From positions 72,415-136,414 of the forward strand of contig CAZVFY010000002.1 in assembly GCA_964626635.1 (NCBI GenBank): DNA of 64,000 bases, in the 5' to 3' direction. The notes beneath the pieces were generated by a model. That model made no database searches. It was not told where the DNA came from and worked only from the letters and a program-made list of their open reading frames with translations. The DNA comes from an uncultured Candidatus Saccharibacteria bacterium (lineage in GTDB: Bacteria > Patescibacteriota > Minisyncoccia > Phycocordibacterales > UBA918). Shown piece after piece: positions 38,415 to 48,198 of the stretch; positions within the stretch are counted from its first letter, which is position 1, and each line of letters opens with the position of its first letter. The translations under genes were made by a program, and so were the position numbers.

Positions 38415-39731
38415 CTAATCTTGGTGTCGGTATTTGATATCCGCGCCGAGCGCGCTCAGTCGCTCGACCAGTCCCTCGTAGCCGCGATTAATTGAGTAAA
38501 TATTGCGCAAAGTCGAAGTACCGGTGGCAGCTAGCATACCGATCAGCAGGATCGTTGCGGGGCGCAGGGCCGGCGGACAGACCAGTTCGGCGGCGCGCAG
38601 TGGCGTCGGCCCGTTCACAAATATACGGTGCGGGTCAGCCAGGATCGTGTCAGCCCCTAGTCGATCTAGTTCGGTAAAGTAAATCGCGCGCTTTTCGTAG
38701 ACCCAGTCATGGATCATGGTGGTACCAGTCGCCTGCGTCGCGATCACCGCAAAAAATGGCAAGTTGTCGATATTGATGCCGGGATAGGGACGGGGAGCAA
38801 TTTTTTCGGGTGGCGCGACGAGGGTCGAGGGTCGGGTGGTGATATCAACTAGGCGGGTGTGGCCGTTCTCGTGTCGGTATTCCTCGCTGCGGCTGTACTG
38901 TAGCCCCATCTTTTCTAATACTAATAGCTCCAGCTCAAGGAATTCGATCGGGCAGCGCTTGATCTCTAGTTCGCTACCGGTGGTGATTGCCGCCGCGAGG
39001 AAAAACATACTGTCGGTCGGGTCCTCGGTCAGGGTGTAGTCGACCGCTTGATCAATCGTGTCGACGCCGGTGACGGTCAGGGTGGTGGTGCCGATGCCGT
39101 CAATCTGTACGCCCAGCTGTGTCAAGAATACACACAATTCCTGCACCATGTAGTTGGCACTGGCGTACCGGATCGTGGTCGTGCCGGGTGTCATGGCCGC
39201 TGCCATCAGCGCGTTTTCGGTCACGGTGTCACCTGATTCGTACAAGATTACCTCACCCGGGGTAGTTTGATTGTAGGTGATTTCGTAGTCAGTGTCGGTC
39301 ACAGTGATATCGACGCCGAATTTTTCGAGCGCATAAAAGTGCGGCCGCACGGTGCGACTACCGAGCTTGCAGCCACCGGATTGTGGGAGTTTAAATTTCG
39401 CAAACAAATGAATGAGGGATCCAATACACATCACAATGCTGCGGGTGCGCTCGGCGGCGGCGCGGTCAATCGCATCCAGATCGTACCCATTCGTCGGCGG
39501 CGTGAGCGTCAGCGTGCTGTCAGCCCACTCGGCTTGAATGCCGACGCTGCGCAAGACTTCGACGATGCGATTGACTTCTTCGATCCGGGGCATTCGGTGG
39601 AGGGTGGTCGTGCCACGATTAAGGAGACTGGCACACAGTAGCCCAACAGCGCCGTTTTTGCTGGTATTTGTGGTGACTGTTCCGCGCAGGGTATTGCCGC
39701 CGGTGATAGTGAGGTTCAAGGTAGGTTGCAT
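38415..39731 (-). CDS. murA: UDP-N-acetylglucosamine 1-carboxyvinyltransferase
   Basis: EPSP-synthase fold, 438 aa. N-terminal LTITGGNTLRGTVTTNTSKNGAVGLLCASLL matches MurA. Confidence 0.85.
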   Translation of the reverse strand: MQPTLNLTITGGNTLRGTVTTNTSKNGAVGLLCASLLNRGTTTLHRMPRIEEVNRIVEVLRSVGIQAEWADSTLTLTPPTNGYDLDAIDRAAAERTRSIVMCIGSLIHLFAKFKLPQSGGCKLGSRTVRPHFYALEKFGVDITVTDTDYEITYNQTTPGEVILYESGDTVTENALMAAAMTPGTTTIRYASANYMVQELCVFLTQLGVQIDGIGTTTLTVTGVDTIDQAVDYTLTEDPTDSMFFLAAAITTGSELEIKRCPIEFLELELLVLEKMGLQYSRSEEYRHENGHTRLVDITTRPSTLVAPPEKIAPRPYPGINIDNLPFFAVIATQATGTTMIHDWVYEKRAIYFTELDRLGADTILADPHRIFVNGPTPLRAAELVCPPALRPATILLIGMLAATGTSTLRNIYSINRGYEGLVERLSALGADIKYRHQD

Positions 39732-39800
39732 GCATGGCAGTATACCAATTTAATTTCGATTCGTTTACCGCACGCGCCTGACTTGCTACACTATCGACAC

Positions 39801-40817
39801 ATGAAGTTTCCGACATTTTCGCCCAAGGTTGGCATCGACCTTGGCACTACTAATATTCTGGTGTTTATCCCGGGGCAAGGAGTGGTACTGAACGAGCCGT
39901 CGGTCGTCGCCGTATCTAGTGACGGCCGGGTGGTGGCGGTGGGGTCCGAAGCCAAATTGATGATCGGTCGCACGCCTGACGATATCCGCGCCTACCGGCC
40001 GATGCGCGACGGCGTGATTGCTGACTACCGGGTGACCGAGGCGATGTTGCGCTATTTTCTCAAGAAATCTCTCAGTCAGTATAGTTTGTTCCGGCCGGAA
40101 GTGATGGTGTCGGTTCCGGCGGGTGTCACCAGCACTCAACGCCGCGCGGTGGTCGAGGCGGCCATGCGCGCCGGAGCCAAGACTGCTTTTGTCGTCAAAG
40201 AACCAATTCTGGCTGCCATCGGCGCTGGCGTTCCAATCTATGAACCGCAGGGGCACATGATCGTCGATATTGGCGGCGGGACGATTGACGTAGCGGTGAT
40301 CGCGCTCGGCGGAATTGTGGCGGCGAATTCGGTCAAGGTTGCTGGCAATCACATTGACGCAGCCATCGTTGACTACGTCAAGAAGCACAAAAATCTCGCC
40401 ATCGGTGACAAAACTGCAGAGGAGATTAAGATTCAGATCGGTTCCGCATTGCCGCTAACCGACGAACTAAAAATGGAAATGAAGGGTCGTGACATCGTCA
40501 CCGGCTTGCCGCGCACGGTCGAAATGCGTAGTAATGAGATCGTCAAAGCGATCAGTAAGGAACTAAAGGAAATGATCGCTGCGATCCGGGATGTCTTCCA
40601 GGAAACGCCGCCGGAACTGGCCGCCGATATCATCGACTCGGGCATTATTATGACGGGCGGGACGTCGCAGTTGCGGAATTTTCCCGAACTCATTAAACGC
40701 CGGTTGGGCGTAAAAGCCCAGGTGTCAGACCAAGCATTGTTGTGTGTGGTCAAAGGGACTGGTGTCGCGCTTGAACACTTAGGTGTCTACAAACGCGCGG
40801 TATTGGCGAAGAAATAA
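39801..40817 (+). CDS. mreB: Rod shape-determining protein MreB (paralog 1)
   Basis: Start moved to MKFPTFSPKVGIDLGTTN. Actin-fold phosphate loops DLGTTN and DIGGGT. Confidence 0.85.
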   Translation: MKFPTFSPKVGIDLGTTNILVFIPGQGVVLNEPSVVAVSSDGRVVAVGSEAKLMIGRTPDDIRAYRPMRDGVIADYRVTEAMLRYFLKKSLSQYSLFRPEVMVSVPAGVTSTQRRAVVEAAMRAGAKTAFVVKEPILAAIGAGVPIYEPQGHMIVDIGGGTIDVAVIALGGIVAANSVKVAGNHIDAAIVDYVKKHKNLAIGDKTAEEIKIQIGSALPLTDELKMEMKGRDIVTGLPRTVEMRSNEIVKAISKELKEMIAAIRDVFQETPPELAADIIDSGIIMTGGTSQLRNFPELIKRRLGVKAQVSDQALLCVVKGTGVALEHLGVYKRAVLAKK

Positions 40818-40878
40818 TGCCACGTTAATCGTCAATAACCAGCAAACGACTATCGGCAGAGCGGTATACTGGATAAGT

Positions 40879-43686
40879 ATGGAACAGCCGCCACAGCGAT
40901 TTGCCAATCCAACCGACGAAGTGGTATTTCTGCGTGAGCAGTTAGCGGCGCGCGAGCGAGAACTGTTCGAACGCCAGCCAGCGGCCGAGACACCCGAGTC
41001 ACAAACCGCCCAAAAAGAAGCGCTACGCGCCTACCACCAGTTCACTCCACAGTCAGTGCTAGACCCGAGCTATGAACTGTCAGGCCATGCACTTCGCGCA
41101 GCTGAGGCCGGGCTAGAAGTCGCGCATGATCCAGTTGCAGAAGTGCTAGAAATCGCTAAGACTCACGGCATCAAAAACGCGCTTGGGGTGCTCGAGCGAC
41201 AATCAGATATCTCGGCGCACACGATTGATGAGGTGCATCGACAACTGATCGAGCACATCCGGGGTGGGGTGGCGTTAGTAGATCTTCGCGAAGGCGTCCC
41301 GCCCTGGCACGTCATGCACATGACGCTCTATTCGATTGCGCTCCCAGAACAAACTGGCACCACTGACGCCGGTGGTCACGCCGAGCTAGTCGGCCGGATG
41401 CAGCAGCTACTCCAAGGCTTGCGCGTCATTGGCAGCAAGCAATCCCTCAATCACATCGCCTTCGAGGTGGCGGTCGCTAATGATACTCAAGACATCGTGT
41501 TCTACGTCGCGGTGCCAGACGAGTACCGCGAATTATTTGAAAAGCAAACGTTGTCGCTGTTTCCACACGCGGTGTTGGCGCTCGAGCCACATGATTACAA
41601 TGTGTTCGGGGGCGACGGGGCGGTGGCTGGTGCGACCGTGTCGCTCAAAAAGCACATGCTTTATCCGCTCGCAACGGCAGCAGACTTGGCGACCGATCCG
41701 CTCGAGGTGCTCCTGAATGCTTGTTCGGATGTCACCATGGGTGAGGGAGTGGCCGTGCAGTTCCTAGTGCGCTACCCAACGGCTACCTACCGACGAGACA
41801 TTGAACAAATTAAAAAACAGATTGAAAAGGGTGCCAAAGTCGGCGAAGCGATCAGTCGCAGCACCCTCGGTGGCGCGGTACTGGCCGAAGTGGGTTCATT
41901 ATTCACATCAAAGAAACCAAGCACTGACACCGAACCAAAAGACATCGACACCGCGACAATCGAGCAAATCAACACCAAACTACAGTCAGACATCATTGAA
42001 GTACAAATCCGCGTGGTTGCTTCGGCGCACAACATCGGTCGTAGTGAGGACATCTTGACCGAGCTACTGGCGTCCCTGGCGCAGTTCGAGAACGTAGCCG
42101 GGAACACACTGGTAACCAAACGTGTGCCGCATAAATCCCTGCGTCAATTCGAGAAAGCCTTCTCGTTTCGGCAGTTCGATAAGTCCGCGGCCATGCCGCT
42201 TAATCTCACTGAACTGGCCAGTCTGGTGCACTTTCCCGGCAACGGAGTGGCGGCCGCGCACCAATTCCGCCAGTCATCAGCGCAAACTGCCCCCGCACCA
42301 ACCGAGCTACCGACCAAGGGGACATTGTTGGGCCGTAACGTACACCGCGCCGTCGAGCGGGACGTGCGCATCACAGACGAAGATCGTTTGCGGCATTTCT
42401 ATATCATTGGACAGACTGGTACCGGTAAGACGACCCTCATGAAGAATATGATTGTCCAAGACATCCAGCGGGGTGACGGGGCGTGCCTGATCGACCCGCA
42501 CGGCACAGACATCGAAGATGTCCTCGGTGCCGTGCCACCGGAGCGGGCTGATGATGTCATTTACTTTGATCCGTCGCGGATGGATAGGGTGCTCGGCCTC
42601 AATATGCTGGAATTTGATGAGACTAAGCCGGAGCAAAAAACCTTTGTGGTCAACGAATTGTTCTCCATCTTTCAAAAATTATACGGTGCCAATCCAGAGT
42701 CGATGGGGCCGATGTTCGAGCAGTATTTCCGTAATGCCACCATGTTGGTAATGGAAGACCCGGCGTCCGGCAATACCCTGATGGACATTGGTCGCGTCAT
42801 GGCCGACGCGCAGTATCGCCGCTATAAACTCAGTAAGGCTACCAATCCAGTCGTGGTGCAGTTCTGGCGTGAGATCGCCGGGAAGGCCGGCGGGGAAGCG
42901 TCGCTCGAGAATATCGTGCCGTACATCGTGTCCAAATTTGATGTCTTTACGGCGAACGATTACATGCGTCCGATCATCGGGCAGCAGCAATCAGCGTTTA
43001 ATTTCCGGCAGATTATGGATGAGCGCAAGATTTTACTGGTCAATCTGTCAAAAGGTCGGCTGGGCGAGATCAACGCGAACTTGATCGGGATGATTTTGGT
43101 GGGCAAGATCTTGATGGCTGCTTTGTCGAGGGTCGACGATTCGAGTAAGGGCTACCCGCCGTTTTATTTACACATGGATGAGTTCCAAAATATCTCGACC
43201 AATTCTATCTCGGCCATTTTGTCCGAAGCTCGCAAATACAAATTAGGACTGACCATGGCGCACCAGTTCATCGCGCAGCTGCAGCCTGACATCAAAGACG
43301 CCGTATTTGGGAACGTTGGGTCAATGGCGGCGTTCCGGGTCGGGCCGGAGGATTCGCAGTTCCTCGAATCACAATTCAACCCACCATTCACCGCCAGCGA
43401 CCTGATGAACGTCCCAAACCGCAATGCGTTCTTGCGCGTCCTCGCGAATGGAACACCGACCAAACCATTCAGCATCAGCACCATGCGCCCAGTCGAGCCA
43501 GACCTAACTCGGACTGCCGAGCTGATCGAGCGCAGCCTGGATCGCTACGGCCAGCCGCGTAGCGTGATCGAGGCGGATATCAGTGCGCGCTACCAAAAGC
43601 CAAAATTGAACGGTGCACCAACTCCAGCGCCAGGCCTGCCAGGCAACAATCCCCCTCAGCCGACTGCTCCTACAGTCCGCGTATAG
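40879..43686 (+). CDS. Large P-loop NTPase of the HerA/FtsK-TraD/VirD4 (DUF87 / type-IV coupling-protein-like) superfamily, no TM anchor
   Basis: Walker A IIGQTGTGKTT, a downstream LIDPHG, Walker B FYLHMDEFQNI, and ARKYKLGLTMAHQFIAQL (a HerA/VirD4-like C-motif). The roughly 500-aa N-terminal region is unassigned. A start at 40783 would overlap mreB, so 40879 is preferred. Confidence 0.6.
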   Translation: MEQPPQRFANPTDEVVFLREQLAARERELFERQPAAETPESQTAQKEALRAYHQFTPQSVLDPSYELSGHALRAAEAGLEVAHDPVAEVLEIAKTHGIKNALGVLERQSDISAHTIDEVHRQLIEHIRGGVALVDLREGVPPWHVMHMTLYSIALPEQTGTTDAGGHAELVGRMQQLLQGLRVIGSKQSLNHIAFEVAVANDTQDIVFYVAVPDEYRELFEKQTLSLFPHAVLALEPHDYNVFGGDGAVAGATVSLKKHMLYPLATAADLATDPLEVLLNACSDVTMGEGVAVQFLVRYPTATYRRDIEQIKKQIEKGAKVGEAISRSTLGGAVLAEVGSLFTSKKPSTDTEPKDIDTATIEQINTKLQSDIIEVQIRVVASAHNIGRSEDILTELLASLAQFENVAGNTLVTKRVPHKSLRQFEKAFSFRQFDKSAAMPLNLTELASLVHFPGNGVAAAHQFRQSSAQTAPAPTELPTKGTLLGRNVHRAVERDVRITDEDRLRHFYIIGQTGTGKTTLMKNMIVQDIQRGDGACLIDPHGTDIEDVLGAVPPERADDVIYFDPSRMDRVLGLNMLEFDETKPEQKTFVVNELFSIFQKLYGANPESMGPMFEQYFRNATMLVMEDPASGNTLMDIGRVMADAQYRRYKLSKATNPVVVQFWREIAGKAGGEASLENIVPYIVSKFDVFTANDYMRPIIGQQQSAFNFRQIMDERKILLVNLSKGRLGEINANLIGMILVGKILMAALSRVDDSSKGYPPFYLHMDEFQNISTNSISAILSEARKYKLGLTMAHQFIAQLQPDIKDAVFGNVGSMAAFRVGPEDSQFLESQFNPPFTASDLMNVPNRNAFLRVLANGTPTKPFSISTMRPVEPDLTRTAELIERSLDRYGQPRSVIEADISARYQKPKLNGAPTPAPGLPGNNPPQPTAPTVRV

Positions 43687-43698
43687 TATATTTAGCGT

Positions 43699-45273
43699 AT
43701 GTCATTTGAAGGTGCTCCACCAATAGCCGAAACCGGGCTGCCAATCAGGCCAGCCAGTGCTAGGCAGAGTTTGGCACAGGAATACGGTGATATGCTTGCT
43801 AATGCCAACAATAGCAATCAATCAGAGCTCGCCGAGGTAGAGCTCGATGCAACTGCTGACGACGAAGATCAAGATTCTGATCCAGATCTGAGCGGATACG
43901 TACGCCCGCAATTGGACGCGCCAACCGAGGAGCCTAGCCCCGACACTACTGCCACGGACGCCGAGCTAGCTCATCAGTACACTGAATTAGGATACGAGGC
44001 GAACGTCTTGCCAGATGACCTTACTGCGGATACCGCTGTAGAAGTATCCGAGTCAATAGACTCATCTGAAAAATTGGGAGAAGAGGTCAAGTTGGACGAA
44101 AAGGGGTTAGATTACACCCAAGCTGCACTCGATGACTATCTCGCCAATGCAGTCACTGCTACTGAACAAAATATTTCCGCGTGGCAACAGGATCCAGAAA
44201 CTGCCTCAGCATATCTGCAGCAATCAGAAGAATTTGCGAACGCTGTACGCGCCGCTGACACCCTTACAGAACTGAAAGAAAGACTATCTGATGGCGGCAG
44301 CATTACTGACAAGGATGCCAAGCTGGTGCAATCACTGACTGACGCGATCGCAAAAGCTGAAATTACTATTCCGATGAGTACCCTTTCCGCAGAAACAGGA
44401 CCGTCAGATAGCACTCAAACCCAGCTACATATAGAACAAGTTGAAAGAACACAGTCCGACGAGGAGATGCTAGAACCAGAACCAGAAGACTCGCCACTAG
44501 TCGGGCGTCCACGTGGATCTCTTGCGCCTGTAGGGTTAGATCCTAAAGAGGGAGATCAAATTGGCATTACGGCCAATGGCCGTCAGATACAACGGACTAA
44601 TGAGTTAACAAATAACTGGCCTGCTGAGGCTGATGCAGATCGGTTGCAGCTGCAACGTCGACTGTATGGTCCAGAGGTAGCAAATGATATGGAGGCTTTA
44701 CGCAAAATGGCTGACGCGCGGCGAAATTCCACCGAAGTAAGAAGCTCTGTTTTTACGCCGAAATCTTTACGCGCAACAGCAGAAAGAGAAGAAGTACATC
44801 ATCATACAGAATTCGACCCAACCACTGCCGCTCCCGAGGCACTACAAGCCAACGATGCTGAATGGCCACAGGTCGCAGTTGATCAAATTATCCTTGATGT
44901 CGAATCAGTTGCCAGTCAGTCGCGCGGCGCCTGGTCGAAATTTGTCCACCGTTTAACAAAGGGTAACGGATTTGTTTATGGGTGTGGCAATCGACCATTC
45001 AATCAATTTGTCGCGTTGTGTGATCCTGCTAAAAATTCTATGACGCAGATAAAAGAAACTGTCCTCAAACCAGTTGATGTTGATTACAACACGTTTAACG
45101 CTTGGCGTGATCGGCTTGACGACATGATTGATATTCAGGATGAGTATGATATGCCCATATTGAACAAGGGGGGTACGCCCCCGGTGAGATCATTCAGCGA
45201 AGTGGCTGAGCTATATGCCAGACGTATGCTAACGCTGGAGCGCGGCTCTGCAATGGGTCATTATTTACAATGA
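43699..45273 (+). CDS. Acidic, largely disordered protein with a conserved-looking C-terminal globular region, hypothetical
   Basis: 524 aa, rich in D/E/A/T/Q. C-terminal segment ..GNGFVYGCGNRPFNQFVALCDP... No signal peptide or TM. Confidence 0.5.
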   Translation: MSFEGAPPIAETGLPIRPASARQSLAQEYGDMLANANNSNQSELAEVELDATADDEDQDSDPDLSGYVRPQLDAPTEEPSPDTTATDAELAHQYTELGYEANVLPDDLTADTAVEVSESIDSSEKLGEEVKLDEKGLDYTQAALDDYLANAVTATEQNISAWQQDPETASAYLQQSEEFANAVRAADTLTELKERLSDGGSITDKDAKLVQSLTDAIAKAEITIPMSTLSAETGPSDSTQTQLHIEQVERTQSDEEMLEPEPEDSPLVGRPRGSLAPVGLDPKEGDQIGITANGRQIQRTNELTNNWPAEADADRLQLQRRLYGPEVANDMEALRKMADARRNSTEVRSSVFTPKSLRATAEREEVHHHTEFDPTTAAPEALQANDAEWPQVAVDQIILDVESVASQSRGAWSKFVHRLTKGNGFVYGCGNRPFNQFVALCDPAKNSMTQIKETVLKPVDVDYNTFNAWRDRLDDMIDIQDEYDMPILNKGGTPPVRSFSEVAELYARRMLTLERGSAMGHYLQ

Positions 45274-45333
45274 TAGGTAATTCACACGAAGACATGTTGA
45301 TAACGAGTCCGAGTGCTACACTACTAGTAAGTT

Positions 45334-47031
45334 ATGGCACGTTCTTTTTCTTTTGACACCCCAGAGGAGGTAATGCATGTGTTGGCATCACTGCGTGCGA
45401 GCCAGCTTTCAATGGCTGATCAGGGTCGCATGCGCGATCTGATACTTTCTTACACGAATGGCGGGAAAGATCCTTCGCTTAAGAATCAGATTCAAAGAGA
45501 ATTACAGGCGCTACACGTGGCACCAAGTGAAGTGGAGACCAGATTAGAAGTTGGTCAAGTGCATTCGTTCGGATCATCCCGATCGACGCCGACCTTTCGT
45601 CCGCCAGTACCGGAAACTCCGCCCACCGCTGAGCCAGTTTCCCCTCACCCGGTTACTGAGCCAATACCAGTTCAAGTTAAACCGTTAGCAGCGCCCGCAT
45701 CAGCACCACTAAACACACTGCAAACACCTCCCCAGCCAGCAACTGCACACCCGTCAGCACAAACCAACACACCCGGATCGGACCTAGACACCGAACCAGC
45801 TACATCAGCGGATGCAGTTACAGCGACTAATTCGACGGTTCCTGCAAATGATAGCGGTGAGACTCCGTTAGTTCACACGCCAGCTGCACCGACCGCAACT
45901 TTAGATCGTATTCGCGCTATTAAATCTGAGATTAATCAGCTAGTTGGTAACCCAGTGCATCTGGTTGAAACAAATAACGAGATTGGTCGTGAATACATGG
46001 CTGCCATGCTGAATGCAATGAAATCCATTAGTGCTGGCGGCACTGAAGAGGCAATGGAACGGCTGGAAACGGCGTTTGCAGCTGCCAAATCTACTATTGC
46101 CAAACAACCTGCAGAGACCCCGCAAGCCCCCCAAGCAGATGTTTTGCAGCCAACACCAACGCCACCAGAAGTCATTCAAAACCAGGCCGCCCCGCACCCT
46201 TCGTCCGTCGCCAACCCACCCCAGCCAGCACAAACAAATCAAACTCCATCAGTCCCTCGGGCTGAAACGCCGGCACAAGCAGTACCAATTGTAACTACAG
46301 CGCCAGTACCAACTGCTGCGAGACAGGTACAGCCGCGCCCTGAACCAGAAGTCGTGCCCGCCAGCAGTTCTGATGTTACCTCTGTTTCGGCCGCTCCGGG
46401 ACGACCAGACAGCTCGGCGCCAATAGTGCTGGATCAGACGGATACGGGTGATAGCGCGTCACGCTGGAAGGATGTGCCAATGCAATTCCAAACAAATACT
46501 ACTACGACACCACCTCAACCACCGACTTCAGAACCTGCTCGTTCTACGCCAGCAGTTCCAGCCAGCTCTAATTTAGGCGCTCAGCCACCAGTCCCACCAC
46601 CACCCGCATCGGCCACACCACCGAGTAAACTAAAACCGTTAGCTGAAGCTGGTGAACCTCTCCATACACCAACCGAGCTACCAACCGCTACAGAGATGGC
46701 GCAAAAGCACCCTGGTGACCCGCTTTATACCCAGGCGGTGACCGATGGTTTACAACAGTTGCTCCTTGATTGGCAATTGTTTAATAAAAGCGGATTATTT
46801 GGCACTGGGCCGAAAGGTCTAGAGCACCCACTTTTCCTTAAAACTAAAGACATGCTGATTCCTATCTTATTAGCTGGGCGCTTTGATGGTGCGAGTCAAG
46901 AGATCAAGCAAAGTGTCACCGATTACATGAATGGGTGGCGCTACGAGCAGGGAATTGTCTACGAACAAGGCGAGACGTTCGAACATTACTTACGCCGCGT
47001 GATCAAGCACATTCTTGATCTTCACGCTTAA
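45334..47031 (+). CDS. Pro/Thr/Ala/Gln-rich low-complexity protein with a C-terminal globular region, hypothetical
   Basis: 565 aa. Central PxP/TPP-rich region of about 400 aa. C-terminal ..LFGTGPKGLEHPLFLKTKDMLIPILLAGRFDG... No signal peptide. Confidence 0.5.
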   Translation: MARSFSFDTPEEVMHVLASLRASQLSMADQGRMRDLILSYTNGGKDPSLKNQIQRELQALHVAPSEVETRLEVGQVHSFGSSRSTPTFRPPVPETPPTAEPVSPHPVTEPIPVQVKPLAAPASAPLNTLQTPPQPATAHPSAQTNTPGSDLDTEPATSADAVTATNSTVPANDSGETPLVHTPAAPTATLDRIRAIKSEINQLVGNPVHLVETNNEIGREYMAAMLNAMKSISAGGTEEAMERLETAFAAAKSTIAKQPAETPQAPQADVLQPTPTPPEVIQNQAAPHPSSVANPPQPAQTNQTPSVPRAETPAQAVPIVTTAPVPTAARQVQPRPEPEVVPASSSDVTSVSAAPGRPDSSAPIVLDQTDTGDSASRWKDVPMQFQTNTTTTPPQPPTSEPARSTPAVPASSNLGAQPPVPPPPASATPPSKLKPLAEAGEPLHTPTELPTATEMAQKHPGDPLYTQAVTDGLQQLLLDWQLFNKSGLFGTGPKGLEHPLFLKTKDMLIPILLAGRFDGASQEIKQSVTDYMNGWRYEQGIVYEQGETFEHYLRRVIKHILDLHA

Positions 47032-47049
47032 ACAGGCCACACTGGCAAC

Positions 47050-47631
47050 ATGATCACACAGGTTGTTCGCTCGACTGAGCCGTACCAGTACACCACTGAG
47101 TCAGCAGCTGATCAGTCAGTGATCTACGTTGACGCCGATTTGTTTGGTATCAACGATGCCAGGGCGTTGGTACATGAGGCAAATACCACTAGTTTGGAGG
47201 CCGCCACCAAACTGATCGTCGTCCGCGCACTGGGTATCACATTAGAAGCGCAGCAAGCACTATTGAAAATAATTGAAGAGCCACCAACCGGGAGCAGCTT
47301 GCGTTTTGTGGTGCCGCCAACGGTTGAATTGTTACCGACGATTACATCGCGCGTGCACTCCGAAACCTTTAACACGGACACCTTAATTAACGGCACCTGG
47401 GAACAGTTCCTGCACGCAACGTACGCCGAGCGGCAAAAGCAGATTGATGCCTACCAAAAAACCAAAAATGCCGAGTGGCTCTACGCCATTCGAACTGGTC
47501 TGCTGTCATACCTCGAGAGTGGCGTGTCGGTGTCGCCGCTACTGTACTTGGCCGCCAAAAAACTACAGACACGCGGCGCCGTTAACAAATGGTTACTTGA
47601 GGCACTGCTGCTCGAATTGCCGGTTGAATGA
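47050..47631 (+). CDS. holB: DNA polymerase III delta' (HolB)-like clamp-loader subunit, N-terminally truncated
   Basis: Clamp-loader hallmarks ALLKIIEEPP and LPTITSRV. Only 193 aa and lacks the P-loop region. Confidence 0.5.
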   Translation: MITQVVRSTEPYQYTTESAADQSVIYVDADLFGINDARALVHEANTTSLEAATKLIVVRALGITLEAQQALLKIIEEPPTGSSLRFVVPPTVELLPTITSRVHSETFNTDTLINGTWEQFLHATYAERQKQIDAYQKTKNAEWLYAIRTGLLSYLESGVSVSPLLYLAAKKLQTRGAVNKWLLEALLLELPVE

Positions 47632-47649
47632 TGCTACACTAGCGAAGAT

Positions 47650-48195
47650 ATGGATGAGAAACAGATCGCACAAAAGTTACAAGAAACAGTCGAATGGCTG
47701 CGGGGTGAATACGCCAGCATCCGCACCGGACAGGCAGCTCCTGGATTGGTCGAGAAAGTGCTGGTCGAATCGTATGGTGCTCGGGTACCGATCAACCAGA
47801 CCGCAACGGTCAGCGTTGAGGATGCGCGGACGCTGCGAATTTCACCCTGGGACGCATCAACGATTCCAGCCATTGAAACCAGCTTGCGCGAATCAGATCT
47901 CGGTCTGTCAGTCGCCACTGACTCATCTGGCTTGCGGGCAATTTTCCCAGAGCTAACCGCCGAACGAAGAGCGCAGCTCAGCAAGCTGGCCAGCCAAAAG
48001 CATGAAGACGCCCGCATCCGGGTACGCGGCATTCGCGATGACGCCAGCAAGGCCATCGACAAACAAGAAAAAGCGGGGGAGATCAGCCAGGACGATAAGT
48101 TCGCCGAGAAAGAATCGCTCCAGACCCAGATCGATAAAGTCAACGCTGATTTAGAAACGCTCTACAAACAAAAGGTTAGCGAGTTGACTGCATAA
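47650..48195 (+). CDS. frr: Ribosome recycling factor
   Basis: WLRGEYASIRTGQAAPGLVEKVLVESYGARVPINQ..RISPWD. Confidence 0.9.
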   Translation: MDEKQIAQKLQETVEWLRGEYASIRTGQAAPGLVEKVLVESYGARVPINQTATVSVEDARTLRISPWDASTIPAIETSLRESDLGLSVATDSSGLRAIFPELTAERRAQLSKLASQKHEDARIRVRGIRDDASKAIDKQEKAGEISQDDKFAEKESLQTQIDKVNADLETLYKQKVSELTA

Positions 48196-48198
48196 GCT

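Noticed and set aside
40783-40878. Start of the big ATPase at 40783, overlapping the mreB 3' end by 35 nt
   Set aside because: Possible, but the N-terminal 32 residues (MSTNARYWRRNN...) are Arg/Asn-rich and unprotein-like. The Met at 40879 gives a non-overlapping gene. Left as uncertain.
43699-47031. Interpreting the two low-complexity proteins as secreted or cell-wall-anchored adhesins
   Set aside because: Neither has an N-terminal signal peptide, TM helix or LPXTG-like sorting motif. They are more likely cytoplasmic disordered proteins.
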